63,991 bases of DNA, filler included, from Streblomastix strix (GCA_008636045.1; 3 parts of 3 records of this genome joined end to end with filler, not necessarily neighbours in it), one strand, 5' to 3'; counted from the first letter of the whole stretch, positions 1-14,364 are shown. Translations and numbers: made by a program. Notes: a model not told the origin generated them from the letters alone.

Positions 1-1957
1 TCATTCATTGTTACAAAGCCTCTTGATGAGGTAATTATTTTAATTGATTGATTTTTATTATTTAAATGAAATAAATATTAATAGAATTGAAGATTTATTG
101 ATTATGAAAAATTGAATTATTTTTATATTTATTTTAATATATGATTATTTATTAGATTAAAGAAGGATTAGTTTCTATCAATAACATGGCAAATGAATTC
201 ATTGGCTTTGCTTAAGGTAAAATAATAATATTTTTTATTATCAATCTATTCCTAATAATATATTCATATAATTAGACTCACTCTTTGTGGAAGATAATAT
301 AAATGAAACCTACGACAATTCTACTCACAACACTAAATCCCTCATTAGACCAATACTTGTTACATTATACTACTTCCAGGATATTCTTAGTAATAATACA
401 GATGCGACTAATCTATTTACATCAATTGGATTAGTTGGAGCAGATAAAGGACCTTTGCAAGAAGCGCGTGATGGAATGATATTGTATTAGAAATATAATT
501 TTTTATTGTTTAAATTGTAATTTTTTCTTTTATATTTTTTTTACAATTAAAAACAGTGGGCATGCGACTTTGTCTTGGATGTAACCTACTACTAGTGACA
601 AAGATTTGATTCTCCTTGACAATACAAAAGATTTTCAAACGTATCTTGATCTTACTTTCAATACAATAACAGACAGATAAGCGCTTTAGAATCTAATTAA
701 TGAAGCTACAAAAAATTATACTTGCACGGATTTTCCACTTTTATTGGATCCAAAGACAAGAGAAGCAGAGTGCAATGCAAGTATGGCTGAGTCTGCAGAT
801 GAGAAAACAAAAATAGAATGGCTTAATCATTCCGCTTCAAATCTGAATGATGCATTTAACCATGATAGATTGACATAATTAGAAGGACTGGTTGACAACG
901 TATTGGATGCTGCTGAAAGGTTTAATAAGGAAATTGCGAAAATTAGTAACATATAATCTTTAAGAACAAATGTAGATACATTCAAGAAAAAAATTATATA
1001 ATTAACTGGAACCTAATCTGTTTCATCATTTTTAAATGAATTTTATGAAGGTGTGAATGATACATATAGTAATTAAAATGAAATGATGGAATTATTATAA
1101 TGGGAAATTAATAATGCAACTGGAACAGATCCTATTACTATAGTTAATTCTAGTACAAAATCTGCAATTGAAAAATATATTATATCATAAAATAATCTTA
1201 GAAATAAACTTAATCCTACACTTATTTCTGTGACAAATCAAACATTCTTAGATAATGTTAAAGCGGCTAGTGTAGATTTCAGTAATCTTGGTATTCAATT
1301 TTATCTCATTTAAAATTAATTTTAATATTAATGATTATTTGTTTTATTAAAAATCTCTTATATACATTTAATATTATTAATAGCTTCTCAGATCATATCT
1401 TCATTAAGTGCAGCTAATTAAGCTACAAATAAAGTAAATGATTAAATTGGTGATGCGTAAAAACAGGTGAATGACTAAACAAGTTTGTTATAATTCGATA
1501 AAATAGAAAAAACTTTAAAATTCATATTATATTAATAATATTTAAATTAATGATAATATATTAATTATTATACATATTTAGAAAAAGTCACCGACCAAGT
1601 TAATAAATATGAGAATTATGTATAAGATAAGATAATTGACAGATATTATGATAAATATATGGAAGAGTCTCCTTACAAACTCAAATCACTTATAAAATCA
1701 CTGGCAATTTTATTTGGAATTCTTCTCATCTTTTGGTTTGCATTGATTGTGATACAGGTATTATAATTTAATAAACATATTAATGATTATATATATTTTA
1801 TTTTAATTAATAATCTTACATATTAATATTAATGTAATTTAGGCATTTATTTCCATCTTTTGTGCCAAATCTGGATTGCTTGGATGTTGCATTTGTTCTG
1901 AATTCACAATATTGGCTGTATTTGGAATTGTTCTAATAATTTTATCTCTTATTGGTA

Positions 1958-1995
<38 letters not shown>

Positions 1996-4483
1996 ATTGA
2001 TATGAATAAACGAAATGAAATATTTATTGTTATTATTAATTTTCTAATTGTTTGGTTATTTGTTTGTTTATATTTTTCTTATAGCCTGCATATTAGGAGA
2101 TGTAACTAAGTTTATTTATGGACCAGATGCAATTGGATATTTAACAGGAAATAGAATATTAAGAAAAGGATCTTCTGCTTTGTCTTAACTGAATATAACT
2201 TAACCTGAAGTTAAGGATTTGTTAATGTATGAAAATATATATTAAAATATATAATTAATAATTTATTTTATTTATTATTATTAATTTATATTTATATTCA
2301 AATTAGATATTATTATGGACCAACAGAAGCTGAAGCTGAAAATCCTGTTAGAACTCCATTAACAAGATTCATTGATGAAAAGATTTAAGGTCAGGATATG
2401 GTTGATGAGGTAATACATAATAAATAACTATAATGATAATAATTAAAAATTGTTATTTTATTAATATTTTTTACTAATTATAATTATTATATTTAATTAG
2501 GTATTTCCAAGAGAAGATGGTTCTCATTCAATGGTCATTCAAAAAGATCTTTATTCTAAATATGTTGTTGATCATCCAGAATACGCACCAGCTTCTCCAC
2601 CACTTCCTGATCCTCCTCTTCCTCTGCTTGATCCGGAAAAAAATTTCTCATAGGTCAAAATTTATAATGAGCCATATTACTGCAATATTTCATATTAATA
2701 TGAAAAAGATGGGACAACACTTAATAAATCTGCTGAAATCTGCTATAATGTACTTGCCGATACAACTTAAGCTCAAATGGATACAAATAAAACTGCTTTC
2801 TGGAAAAAATTTGATGAGTTTGTTGATGAAACTATTGTATGATTGATTATATTAAAATAATAAAATAATAGAATAATTTGATTTATTTATTTTTTTAAAT
2901 CTCACAAATATAATTTTAGGGACTTGTTGGGTATGAATCAATAAGTTCAACTGGATATTTTTTGGTTGATACGATTTTCATTACATTGGAAGGGTTTGAT
3001 TTATAATTTATTTTATAAATATATGATTGAAAAATAAAAATTATTTATCAAATAATAATAAAAATATTTCTATTCTTTTTATATTTTTGTAATCCTTACT
3101 ATTACTATTATTATTTAGTGGATTTATGTACTTCTACATTGGCATGATTATTGTATTCTTATTCTCAATTCCTCATATTATATGCATGTCAAGTGGAAGG
3201 TTAAATTAGAAAATGAATTTACTTTTATTCATATTAATTAATTGTATATTTTAATGTTTATTTGTTTATCTTTAATATTATTATATTCATTAGAACATAT
3301 TGGACTAAATATGTTCCAAGACCCAAAGAAGATAAAAAGAGAGAAGGTAAAATATTATAAATATATTTTATTTATTAATTTATTTTATTAATTTATTCAT
3401 TTTATTTCTTTAATAATGATTATAATTAAAGGATATAAAGTTGAAGAAATGGATGAAATTGAGGTTGAAGATGACATACAAGAAGAAGAATAAGGTATAT
3501 AGATTAGAATTAAAATTAATATGATTTTTGATTTTCTTATAAATTAATAAATTCATTTTATATTTCTTTTAATTAATTTAATTTAATTATTAAATATTTT
3601 AGAGGTTTTAACAACAAATGATTCTGGATAACTTGTTGTGATGGTTGTCAAAACAAAGAAAGGATGTTTGAACTATATTAAATTATTTACATTAAATTAA
3701 TTTAGATAAAATTTTAATTTAATTATATAATTGTTATTATTTTATATTCATTTTTTAAAAAAAAATATAATATCATTCACAGAAGCATAATAGATGAGAC
3801 CTTAAGAACGTGATAGGTAAATTTCTATAATATAAATAAATTTCATTTATATTTAAATTAATATTATTCATTACATCCAATTTAATAGAGAGAATAAAAT
3901 GCTTGATGACTTGTTTAGAAATGATAATACAGAGGCAATAATTCATCCATAACAAGGATAAGGAGGAACAAGTAGCAGAAATAGGAATTAGCCTGGAAGT
4001 GTTTAAAGTGTTGGATTCAATGCAGCCATTCAACCTTGGGTTTATTCTCAATAAATGAACCCTGAAGATGCTTAGCTTATGAGCTATACTGATAATGGTA
4101 TTTAATATATTATAAATAATTGTATTGTTTATTTTCAATTCATTCACTCAATTTATAAATATTTATCTATATTTAATTACATTTAATAATAAATAAGGAT
4201 TTGTCCCATAACCAGATCCACTTGACACTTATGGGATGGATGGAGTTGGTTTGAATATAAATTATTTATTATTGTTTATTATACTTTAATAATTCATATC
4301 AATTTAGATGACGGATTTAATGTTATCAGTGCGAACCAGAATGTGCATAAATAACAGGGTAAGAAACTAAAAATATATATATTAATTCATTCAATCATTT
4401 TCTCATGTTATTTATCATTATTTTTCTTAATAAAAGGTTTCTATCCAAAAGGTCCATATCACACTGGATATGAGGGAGATTGA
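1..4483 (+). CDS. 5'-partial multi-exon host gene; multi-pass membrane protein with prominin/tweety-like topology
   Basis: Many GT..AG AT-rich introns. Exons are open only with TAA/TAG=Gln. Hydrophobic segments include LAILFGILLIFWFALIVIQ, GLLGCCICSEFTILAVFGIVLIILSLI and FMYFYIGMIIVFLFSIP. Last exon reads GFYPKGPYHTGYEGD-TGA (4481-4483). The family call is inferred from topology only. Confidence 0.7.
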
Positions 4484-5111
4484 GAAATATGAAGAATAAA
4501 AAAGGAAAAGGAAAATGAATAAGTGTAATGATAATATTAATGAGTTAATATTTAATCTAATAATTAGTCTTCATTTACATTTGAGATGAATTTGTATTCA
4601 AATCAAATACTCGTCTATTCATCATAATCATAATATTCTTTTTCATAATATGAGTCTATTTCACTATCTATACATCACCATATATCATTACACACATATT
4701 TTGCTTTACCTCCCTTTAACAATAATTTTATTATATTTTATTTTTATATTATTGATCAATCTCCGTTTCCTTCACGTCAGTCATATTTCTATTCCTTTCT
4801 TTATCTGTGCATTTTTATTGTTCATTTAACAGCAAATCATAAATTACTATTAATGCCTCAGAATATACGCGTGATTTATTTTTTACGACTTCTAATAGTT
4901 GAATGATGTGGTGAATAAATAATAATAAGAAATAAATAAAGTTTTTTTGTTCACTTTTATTATATTATTAACTGAGTGTGTAAATGGATGTATGAAGATA
5001 AAATAACTATTCACACAACAATAATAAAAGTATTAATGAAGTTTAAAATGTGGAAGTGGATTAAAAGAAAAGATAATATCACAAACAATAAATAGCATTT
5101 GACTCCTTCTT

Positions 5112-7694
5112 TCATGTCTTGTCCATTTCAATGTCCTTTCTACCCAGAATGTTTTGGCCTATTTATATATTAAATAAATAAATTTTATCATCAATATATT
5201 AGTAACTATTTTTCACTCATTTTCCCCATACCAATTTGTGTGGCTGAATTATCCAAACGCAGCTCAACAAGATCAGCTCTCAATCCAGATCCATTTCCCC
5301 GAATGAATAATCTGTTCACCTGTTCATATATATAATATAATATATAATATGAGAATGATTGAATATAATAATGAATTAATATACTTGGGGTATTCTTCTG
5401 ATTATAAATGGAAGGGGGACGCGATTTCGGAAGATTTGAGCTGTTCGTGTTGGTACATCAAGTTCAACTCTAAATTATATATTATATAAAATAGTATAAA
5501 TAAAGAAATAGAACAAAAAAATATGAAGATATGTATATCTAATATTAATTGTATCGTAATACCTTATTATATCTCCATTTTGCATAATTTCATTTGTTTT
5601 CTCTTTCCTTGATCTTATAACTACAACTCCATCATTCTGGTAATAAGCAAGAATATTCTGGCCTAAATTATGAATATTGAAATATTAAGATTAATAATGT
5701 TTATATAATAAATATATATATTAACCTTACTCAGTCATGCATCCATCTCCAAGTACATCCATAATGAATCCAATCTCAATATGTGAATCTGATCCATTAA
5801 TTGAATAATAAATGATATTTGTAATGTCAATACAATATTAATATATTATGTATAATAACCTTTATTAAGATAAACTCTCCAAGAAACTGATACAACTCCT
5901 TCTAATGCAATGTAGTCAAGAAGGACAGATGCTCTATCTTTCTTTTACCAAGATACAGTCTTACCTGCAATCTGATATAATAGATGAATCAATATAATAA
6001 TTAATAATAAATAGTTCTTGTATTAATACCTATACAATATTCTTCTCCTTAATATCAAACTATGAGCTCTATAGTAGATCAGCAGGGATAATATTAGGAA
6101 TATTAAGAGAAAGAGGAGGATATGCTTATTATTGATATCCTTATTGATATCCTTGTTGTTATCCTTATTGGGGATATTGTGTTGTATTTGGAGCATTAGG
6201 AAGTCTCTATTAAGAAGGAGGAGCATTGAATCCAACTGGTCCATATGGTTATTGCATTGGCTATGAATATCCAACTGGTGTTTGAGACTGAAGAATGTAA
6301 TTAATAGTATTTATATTAAATATAGATAAATGACATAATATAAATGAATATGTTTATGTTTAATATATTTGAATACTGAATATTGTGCTTGAGGTGGGTA
6401 TTACATCCCAGTTTGACCAGGTCTAAGAATAAAATAATTAATAAATAAATTATTAAATAAATTAATAAATAAATAATAAACCTTTAATTATTCAATCCCT
6501 ATCCGCGTTCCAATGTAACAATCCTTTCTTCAGTCTTCTTCATATATTCCTATAATATAAATATTTATAAAGGATTTATGTGGATAAAGACAAAATAAGA
6601 GAAATAAGGATATTATATTATCATTATTTAACCTCCATGAAACTGCGCATATCATTGAAGGATGTTGCAAGACGTTTCTCATTATCATGCAAAGCACGAA
6701 CTTCATCTTAAAGACTTGTTAATTGAGCCAATACATAATCTTTATTCTCAAGTGATTTAGTGTTTATTATCTGAAGAATGTAAATTTTATAGGAAATAAA
6801 GAATTAATAAAAAAATATTGATATATGAAAAAGAAGATTATTAAAATAATTAATTATTCATACATTTGTAATTTCTTCTCGAAGCTGATCAATATGAGCC
6901 AAAACACGTGGATTTACTGGTTCATCAAGAATATATGGAGCAACACGAGTTTATATCTATTTGAACACAATAATTAAAAAGGAATAAAGAAAAATATTGA
7001 AGTATATAAGAACAATAAACCTTACTTGCGGGTTAATCGGTCTTGGGTGGTTCACTTGGAGTTGGAAGACTCGGATAAGTTGGAACTGCATATAAAACAT
7101 CATAATAATAAACAAATTTAATTAATATATATGAATAAAATAAAAGTTTAATTATGAAATTTTCTAGATTAATATTGTATCAAAATTCCTGGCATACGGA
7201 CAGAAGAAACAGTTGATGGTAAGTCGTTTGGATGTAGAGGAATCCAACGATTCTCGAAGTAGTCTGTAACACGTTGTGCAAAATCGTTTGCATACTCCTC
7301 GGTCGTAGAAAGTGCATCCAGTACATCACGCTTCAGACCTTCGATATTCTGTGTAATAAACATAATAAAATAATAAATATTGAAATATTAACTAATATGT
7401 ATAAATTTATTATTCTAGTCATACCTTGGGCCTCACATACTTGGCAATAAAGTCAGGAGGAGTGTTTGCAATTTTCTGAAAAATTTAATATGGCAGAGGA
7501 AAGTAATTATATAATTAATAATTATAATTTATTGTCGTGTATGAATATAATCAATGAAACATCAAATTATAAGTATATACCTTAAGATTCTCGAGATTTT
7601 GCTCTCCAAGGTAACTCAAATCCAACTCGGTCCCACTCCACCATTGGCGTTCTCCTGTCTAGTTATTGGCTTACTCGTCTTTGCGTGGGTCCAT
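5112..7694 (-). CDS. Multi-exon host gene: coiled coil, Gln/Gly/Tyr/Pro-rich linker and C-terminal SPRY/B30.2-like beta domain
   Basis: ATG at 7694 (MDPRKDEQANNQTGERQWWSG). Exons include NIEGLKRDVLDALSTTEEY, IAGKTVSWQKKDRASVLLDYIALEGVVSVSWRV and VELDVPTRTAQIFRN. Spliced end GQNILGRKDIEMDKT-TGA at 5112-5114. The domain call is pattern-based. Confidence 0.7.
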
Positions 7695-9661
7695 TAATTT
7701 ATTTATGTAAGTTTAAAAATAAAAAAATTATTTTTAGAAACCCCATAAGGCTCTGAAATTTAGAGAAAATTTCACTTCAGTAAATTAGAATAATTTTCCT
7801 TATTATTTATGATATTTTACTTTAAATTAATTATTATTACATTCTACATAGAAAGCTTATTCCTCAGAGCTGAACTACTTACCTTGTAGCTTACTCTTCA
7901 AAATCTAATTAAATTGAAGTTGCTGAGATAAATACCAGGGCAAGAAAGAGGATGAACAATTTTTGTCAGGAGTTTTATTAGTGAAATTCTAGCGTTTTAT
8001 ATACTCCCCGGAAGATAGTGAAGGTATTTTTTCTAGCCAATTTGAATTAAGCTTTTCTTTCAAAAATAATTTAAGCTATTAAATTCAAAAAATTTTATTT
8101 AATTTGAATTTATTATAATTGAAAATTATGAATTTGAATTAGTTAAATTAACATAATTTAATAAAAATTTATTTCCATTTTGAACATAAAAATAATTAAA
8201 TTATTTATAATCAATATAAATAATATTCAATAGACTTCAAATCAATACAACAAATTAAATCACAATTATAAAACGTTAATGAATATATTAATATTAACGA
8301 TTAAAGATCCATTAATTAATTATTTTAACAAAATTTTTATGATTTTATTTGAAAGGATTTATTGCAATACTAAAATATTTTAGATATTCGAACAGTAATT
8401 AAAATACTGGATTATTTAAATAAAATGAACCTCGAATATAAAGTTGATATGTTATCATTAATATCCATGGCAGCTTGTGCAATTGCAATTAATTATACTT
8501 TAATAAATACCAGTCTTGGTCTAAATACCGAATTATTCAATTTCTACTTTCGAAATTAAATTCTATCTAACTTCACATTCTTTGTAAATATAAATTATTG
8601 GTTATTAATAATGTATTACTAGTTTTGATATAGAATTCGCTAATTTAGTTAATGAAAATGACTTCGTATATTCCAATCAACTCTTCATATCGCCGTTTTG
8701 TTATTGCTATATCAAATTTTCCTTCAAAAAAACTCACATTGAATGAACCCCATTTAAAAGATAATTTTTATTAGTACATGCTTAATTTAAGCGAAATTGA
8801 AAAAAAAAGAAGAAACAAATCATATAATTTAAGTCTAAAAGTATTAATCGATTCAATTCTGCTGGCAATACAATATTAACGAAATTGTATATTAATTTAT
8901 TAATAAAAAGTGTTACCGTAATTATATCTAATAATAATGCTGTGAATGCAATTAGAATTGAAGTTTTTAATTTATATCAAAATATTAAGTCTTATTAATC
9001 TTAATCAACCATTTATAAAGTCATTCATAAAATATATATACAAGGTGCGGTAGCTTGAAATTGTTAATGCAAATTATGATTAATTAAAATAATAAGCAAA
9101 CAATATAATTTCATCGACAACTCGACTTGCGGCTTCGAATTAATTGTTTGTAGTTGAATTTGAAGGATAAATTAATAATATATATATTAATTCATTAATT
9201 TTATAACAATATTATGCATCTATTAATATAGTACTAAAGAACAAACAATTGGTATTCAAATAAATAATTACATGAAAAATACCAAGTCCAAAACAGGTCA
9301 TAAAGAAAAAGAATTAGCATAGCTATTTTTTAATATTTATATTTTTATATCATTCAGTATTTATTTTATATTCGACATTTAATTAATTACTAAAATTTCA
9401 AATCGTTGATATAAAGTTTATAGTTCCATTAACTAAATATGATAAATTTCTCTAATTTGTTGTTGAATTCAAAATTTAACGCATTTATGTAAACAAAGAA
9501 AAAAATAAAGTTATGGACAAGTTCTGCAAATTAACCATGAATGCTTTTTATTGAAATAATGAATTAAAAATTGAAAAATATTACACAGTTAAATTATTAT
9601 TAAATTGAAATACATATCTTTTTCATCTTAATTTCATTTATAATTTCATACGTAAAGCATT

Positions 9662-9988
9662 AGTAGTAGGCAAAAGAATCTAACTGCCCTATGGAATTAA
9701 AACTTATAAATAACGGAAAAGCAATAGTGGATATAATCATTCGTAATAAAAAATGAAAATAATTTATGAGGAAAATTAGTGAAAAATAATTAATAACAAT
9801 GATTTATGGATATGATTTATTGTTATGATTTATATATAGGATTTATGAAAATAATTTATGGATGTGAAATGGATGAAAAATGAAAAATGAATTGGATTTA
9901 CTAAAATAATTTATGGTGATCGCTAATGCAATAAGTTAATTTTTAGAGTTAAATTACATTGGGCAGTGAGTTTCTTTTGCCTACTACT
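9662..9988. repeat. Terminal fold-back unit 1 (327 bp)
   Basis: AGTAGTAGGCAAAAGAAtctaACTGCCC at 9662 pairs with GGGCAGTgagtTTCTTTTGCCTACTACT ending at 9988. The 17-bp perfect stem continues imperfectly to ~70 bp. The loop carries ATGATTTAT-like repeats. Confidence 0.9.
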
Positions 9989-10289
9989 CTTGGGCATTAA
10001 TTTATGAATTCAATCTTATACAGTTATTTTATTTTTGAGAATTTTTTAAAGATTAGAGATTTTATGTTTATTTGTAGTGAAACAGTGTGAGAAAATATGG
10101 GGGATCTCCAAGGTTTTTCAATGATATATGACAAATGAAAAATGATTAATCGTAAGGATGATTGATAAAAAATATTTCATATGGAAAATAGGTATAAAAA
10201 ATTAAGGTTAATTGAAGAAATTGAAGGTGTTCAACTTACTTCGTAAAGCCAGCAAGACTGACTAGTTCAGAATCTTGAATTAACATGAT

Positions 10290-10800
10290 TTTTAGATTCC
10301 TCGTATACGATATGACCTTAGAGAAAGGTATGAATGAGATATGAAAAATTGAGAAAATAGATGAGATTTCAATGTCCTATTTAATTATTTTAAAAATAAA
10401 ATATAACCAATAAAAATTCAAAATTTATAGTAAAAATTAAATGTTTTCTGATTGATTTGAAAATTGACATCTTATTAAATGTTGATACTCTGATCACGAA
10501 TATGATGTTTAAAATTAGTTATGAGACTGATGATTCGGTCGAATTAAGCGGATTAATGAAAAAGATTAATGGTGTGGATAAATGATATGAATTGCCCATG
10601 CAATTAAAATATGGCAGCCCCTTTGAAAATGGAACACAGATTTGTTCCACAGCTAGTATGTACGTGCTAGCGGAGTATGCGAATGAAGTCATTTGCCTAG
10701 GTGGAACAAGGAACGGAATAAAACCTAGAGACGCCTATAATTTTTGTCTGCCATCTGCCATATGACATAAATTTGAATTGTAGATAAATGATATGAATTG
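10290..10800 (+). repeat. Left arm of long diverged inverted repeat (partner ~19465-19965)
   Basis: Blocks such as GTCGAATTAAGCGG, CAGCCC.TTTGAAAATGGAACAC, GTGCTAGCGGAGT, GTGGAACAAGGAACGGAA and GATATGACCTTAG recur reverse-complemented and colinear at 19465-19965. Confidence 0.9.
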
Positions 10801-11094
10801 TCCATGTGCATCGAGTGCATTGAGTGCATTGAGTCATAAGCTGACACCTGGGATTCCTGTCATATTGGTCATAATCCCATAAAGTTATAATCATTGATAA
10901 ATGATATGAATTGTCCATATATATCGAGTGCATTGAGTGCATTGAGTCATAAGCTGACACCTTGGATTCCTGCCATATTGGTCATAATCCCATAAAGTTA
11001 TAATCATTGATAAATGATATGAATTGTCCATGTACATCGAGTGCATTGAGTGCATTGAGTCATATGCTGACACCCTGGATTCCTGCCATATTGG
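10783..11094 (+). repeat. 113-bp tandem repeat, ~2.8 copies
   Basis: Units start GATAAATGATATGAATTGTCCAT at 10783, 10896 and 11009, are near-identical, and contain an internal GAGTGCATT duplication. Confidence 0.95.
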
Positions 11095-11161
11095 ATATTA
11101 TGTCATAAATTAAATAAAATTTATTTTAAGAAACTGTTTGAATTTTTTATCCATAAGCAAA

Positions 11162-12265
11162 ATGGCAATAAAAGATTCCACAATAGTCGAAACAATCTCA
11201 AATGAATCCATAAATATTAAATGTATTACATCAGAGAAAGGTCCAAAAAGATAATATAACCATAAATCGAAAATAGATAATAAAGCTAAAGAATTAATGG
11301 ATAAATTAATAAAGTAATAAGAATTAGAGAGAATCAAACGTGAATAAGATAAATTTGATGTGTAAAAGAAAGAAGCTGATGAATAAGAATTTACGAAACA
11401 TATAATGGAAGACGTTGATCAGAAAAAGTTAAAGGAATAGCAAAAATAAGAATAATAGATAGAAATGGATTAATTTTTAGAAAAACTTATACCAATTGCT
11501 GCATAAATGAAAGAAGAAACAGTGAGTAAAACTATCTTGGAACGGGTTAAGAATGCAATGATTAACACAGTTAATTATACTAAAATAGGTCAAAAAAAAG
11601 TGAGAAAAAATAAGTAACAGGTAAATTAATTGATTTAGCTCTAATTAAAGATGATGATTTATGCGTTATTGATTTCGATATTAATAAGAAACTATCAATT
11701 GAAGAGACTGATAAAATAAGATAAAATATTATGGATAATATGCTTCCTGCTAATGAAGGCTTAGTAATGACTGCATATGGAGGATTGCATGTATATTGTA
11801 ATAGAGGTGGATATACATTACCTTCGAATCGATGTGTGAAATGTATCGTATTAGATAATATTGAGATTGATATATTTGGATAGATATTTAAGTATAAGGA
11901 ACATGGAGGAATGGAATAAAAAGAACTTGTATAAAATCGGGTAGTTGGTCCAAACTTATCATCCCGAGAAACAAAATATAATAAAAGAGAAACACTTAAA
12001 TATGAAGCTATTAATGATTGGGGAAATATGACACATTTAGCGAGTCTGAGAGAGATCTTAGATAGCTGGAATGTTGATATTGAAATACCGTTCAAAGAAT
12101 ATATATATAAGGTAAATATGAGAGAATTTGGCTGGTAAATTATAGAAGAAGGAACTATTGAATAAATGAATGATGAAATTGCATAAGCATGCGTTAATGA
12201 ATTGAATAACCCTGAAATACATAACTATCCTTAACTTATTAATTTGGAAGTATTTCTTTTAAGTG
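11162..12265 (+). pseudogene. Bifunctional primase-polymerase (Prim-Pol, AEP superfamily), frameshifted and C-terminally truncated
   Basis: Motifs DLCVIDFD (DxD) and VMTAYGGLHVY (TxxGGxHxY). Frameshift near the A-run at ~11595-11610. The frame runs into integrase-like sequence at ~12265. Confidence 0.75.
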
Positions 12266-13050
12266 CTAAGATAAAAATCTATGATTAATTACGTTCAATT
12301 AGACTTTGGTAAGATGGAAAGAAGCGTATCACAGCTATCGATGCATTGGAATAATATCATTCATTATTTGGCGATTCGTTATGTTTTTAATTTGCAAAAA
12401 TAATAAAATTTTATTTAAGATGATCGATTTTTAAAAGGATTATTTATTTGTTTGAAACTGGATTTAAAGCTAATATTATTAGATAATTTTGTGAAAATAA
12501 TAGGATTTCATTGTATTTTACAGGTTCTCCATTTACATAGCATAATAGAGTAGTTGATAGCGTCATTCGTACGATCAGAAATGGGTTTGGATAAGATTTA
12601 TTAGGATTTGCAACTCCAACTTAGATGCAATTAATGGTGGAGATTTACAATAAAACTCCACATCTTGCATTCATGAATAGGTTTACTCCAAAATAAGTGT
12701 AGTATAATAGAGAATTAGAAGATAAAATCATATGATAATAATAAGCATAATTGAAACAAGTAATTATAAGATAAAAACAAGAGAATTTATTAAATTTTAA
12801 TAGTGCAAATATTTTAATGATCCACGCTGATTTCTCTAGATTACCTATAAGATTTTAGAAATAGAGACGTTAATTCAATGAGTTAGCAACATTCATTACT
12901 TATAAGAACGGTAATGTTGTGTGTAAGTTATTAAATTCTTATGATAAAATTAGTGTTATTGAGTTTCCTATATATTATTGTATATTTATCAGTGATGATA
13001 TCAATTCGCTATCAGCAAATTATAAAAGTTAATTTAATATAAGTAATTGA
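12266..13050 (+). pseudogene. Retroviral-type (rve) integrase, C-terminal part
   Basis: FETGFKANIIRQFCENNRISLYFTGSPFTQHNRVVDSVIRTIR...EIYNKTPH...FTP matches the rve core pattern (N..vER..rT, YN..pH). Internal TGAs present, N-terminus missing, final TGA at 13048-13050. Confidence 0.75.
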
Positions 13051-13069
13051 GAATTTTTCTTTAAATGAA

Positions 13070-13462
13070 ATGCAAGCAAGTGAAACAAAACAAATCTGTA
13101 AAAGATAATCGAAGAAACTAGTTCCATAATTAGTTGAAACATAACCCAATCTCATTGAAGAAGTCCTTCATGTTCCTTTAATCGATCAATCACTTAATCC
13201 TATTCAATAGACATAATTAAATAAAGAAAAAATAGATTCAAGAGGTAAACCTAAAAAATATAGCTCATAAGAAGAAGCCGAACGCATTGCCGCAGAGTAA
13301 CGATCCCGTGCTAAATAAAAATATAGAATTCAGCGATAGGAATTCCGTGCATCTGCTAACGATTTGTAACTACTGTTGATTCGGCGACTTTAGAAAACTA
13401 TCATAACTAACACAAAAAATTTACCTTAAAGTAGTGATATAATTGATCAGTATAACCAATGA
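13070..13462 (+). CDS. 130-aa basic protein with AT-hook-like RGKPKKY motif (putative DNA-binding)
   Basis: Open ATG-to-TGA frame under TAR=Gln: ...DSRGKPKKYSSQEEAERIAAEQRSRAKQKYR... Confidence 0.6.
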
Positions 13463-13524
13463 ATATGATTTATTTTTGCGTAAATGGTGTGTGTTAATAA
13501 GATAATGTGTGCAAATGGGAGCAT

Positions 13525-13952
13525 TTATCAGTCTTGGAATAACTATCAACAATATCAGCAACATTAGCTTTTGCATCGAGTAGTGTATCAGTTTCTGTTT
13601 TGGAATAACTATCCACAATATCAACAATATTAGCCTTCAATAATAAGAGAGCATCATCTTCTTTCTTAGAATACGAGTCAATTAATTCAGTTTTATCTGC
13701 TTTATCATCGAGTAGAGTATCGGTTTCAATTTTCGTATAAGTATCAGTTTTATCTGCTTTTGTATCAAATATTTCATTTGCTTCAGGTCTAGTATGTACG
13801 TCAGGAGCAGGAGCATTATTAATCATATTGATTTGATTATTAATGTTTTCGACCTATTCGACTAAGCCAATTGAATTATATCTAATATTTCCGAACAGAA
13901 TCTCATCATGTTTTATGAGCTCATCAAGTGAGTGTAAGTCTGCATCAGCCAT
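13525..13952 (-). pseudogene. N-terminal fragment of a fibre-like protein with (D/S)Y(T/S)KxExDxLLxxKA repeats
   Basis: ATG at 13952, in frame with track ORF 13494..13826. Tandem DTYTKIETDTLLDDKAD-type repeats break off abruptly at ~13525. Confidence 0.65.
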
Positions 13953-13979
13953 TTAATTACCAAAAATAATATAGATCAA

Positions 13980-14363
13980 TCAATGAATTTGTGATAGAAC
14001 TGCCATTAATCCTTTACTAGTTGCAGACATTAATTTTGATGAGATATCTCCATGATCAAGGATACTAGTTATTTTTCTTACTTTTTATAAGCATATTTTA
14101 TATGAATCTCTGAGAAGATTGACTTTATCGATATCTAAGGTAAGTATGTTAACATTATTTATTGTAATATCTCTTAATGTTCAAGTGCCATCGTGCATAA
14201 ATTTCCCACAACATCCTTCATCTTCAGTATTAAGGATAACTTAGTTTTCCACTACATCAAATGTATATGAAATTACTCTTATTAATTAATGTTCTGATAA
14301 TATGAAATGTGCAAATTCTTTAGTCATATGGTCATCTTCACTAATAATATCAAGTAGCCATTG
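13980..14363 (-). pseudogene. Truncated element gene of unknown function
   Basis: Frame QWLLDIISEDDHMTKEFAHF...LMAVLSQIH-TGA with one internal TGA. The 5' end is cut at the junction with the Fic ORF. Confidence 0.4.
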
Positions 14364-14364
14364 A

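Noticed and set aside
7850..8045. GC-richer patch with an Sm-site-like AATTTTTG, possible snRNA
   Set aside because: No recognisable U1/U2/U4/U5/U6 signature. Such T-runs are common here and the patch may just be promoter sequence.
8400..9550. Possible decayed transposase (MULE-like) remnant
   Set aside because: Only a vague minus-strand resemblance (FRPRLVF...AIAQAA) with no catalytic motif. Would need a translated HMM search.
10783..11094. Possible CRISPR-like array, and track ORFs 10697..10960 and 10891..11073
   Set aside because: The whole 113-bp unit repeats with no unique spacers. The ORFs are antisense translations of the repeat.
12379..12450. Possible intron in the integrase gene
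   Set aside because: A GT..AG pair exists, but splicing does not restore a catalytic Asp motif and the other element genes are intronless.
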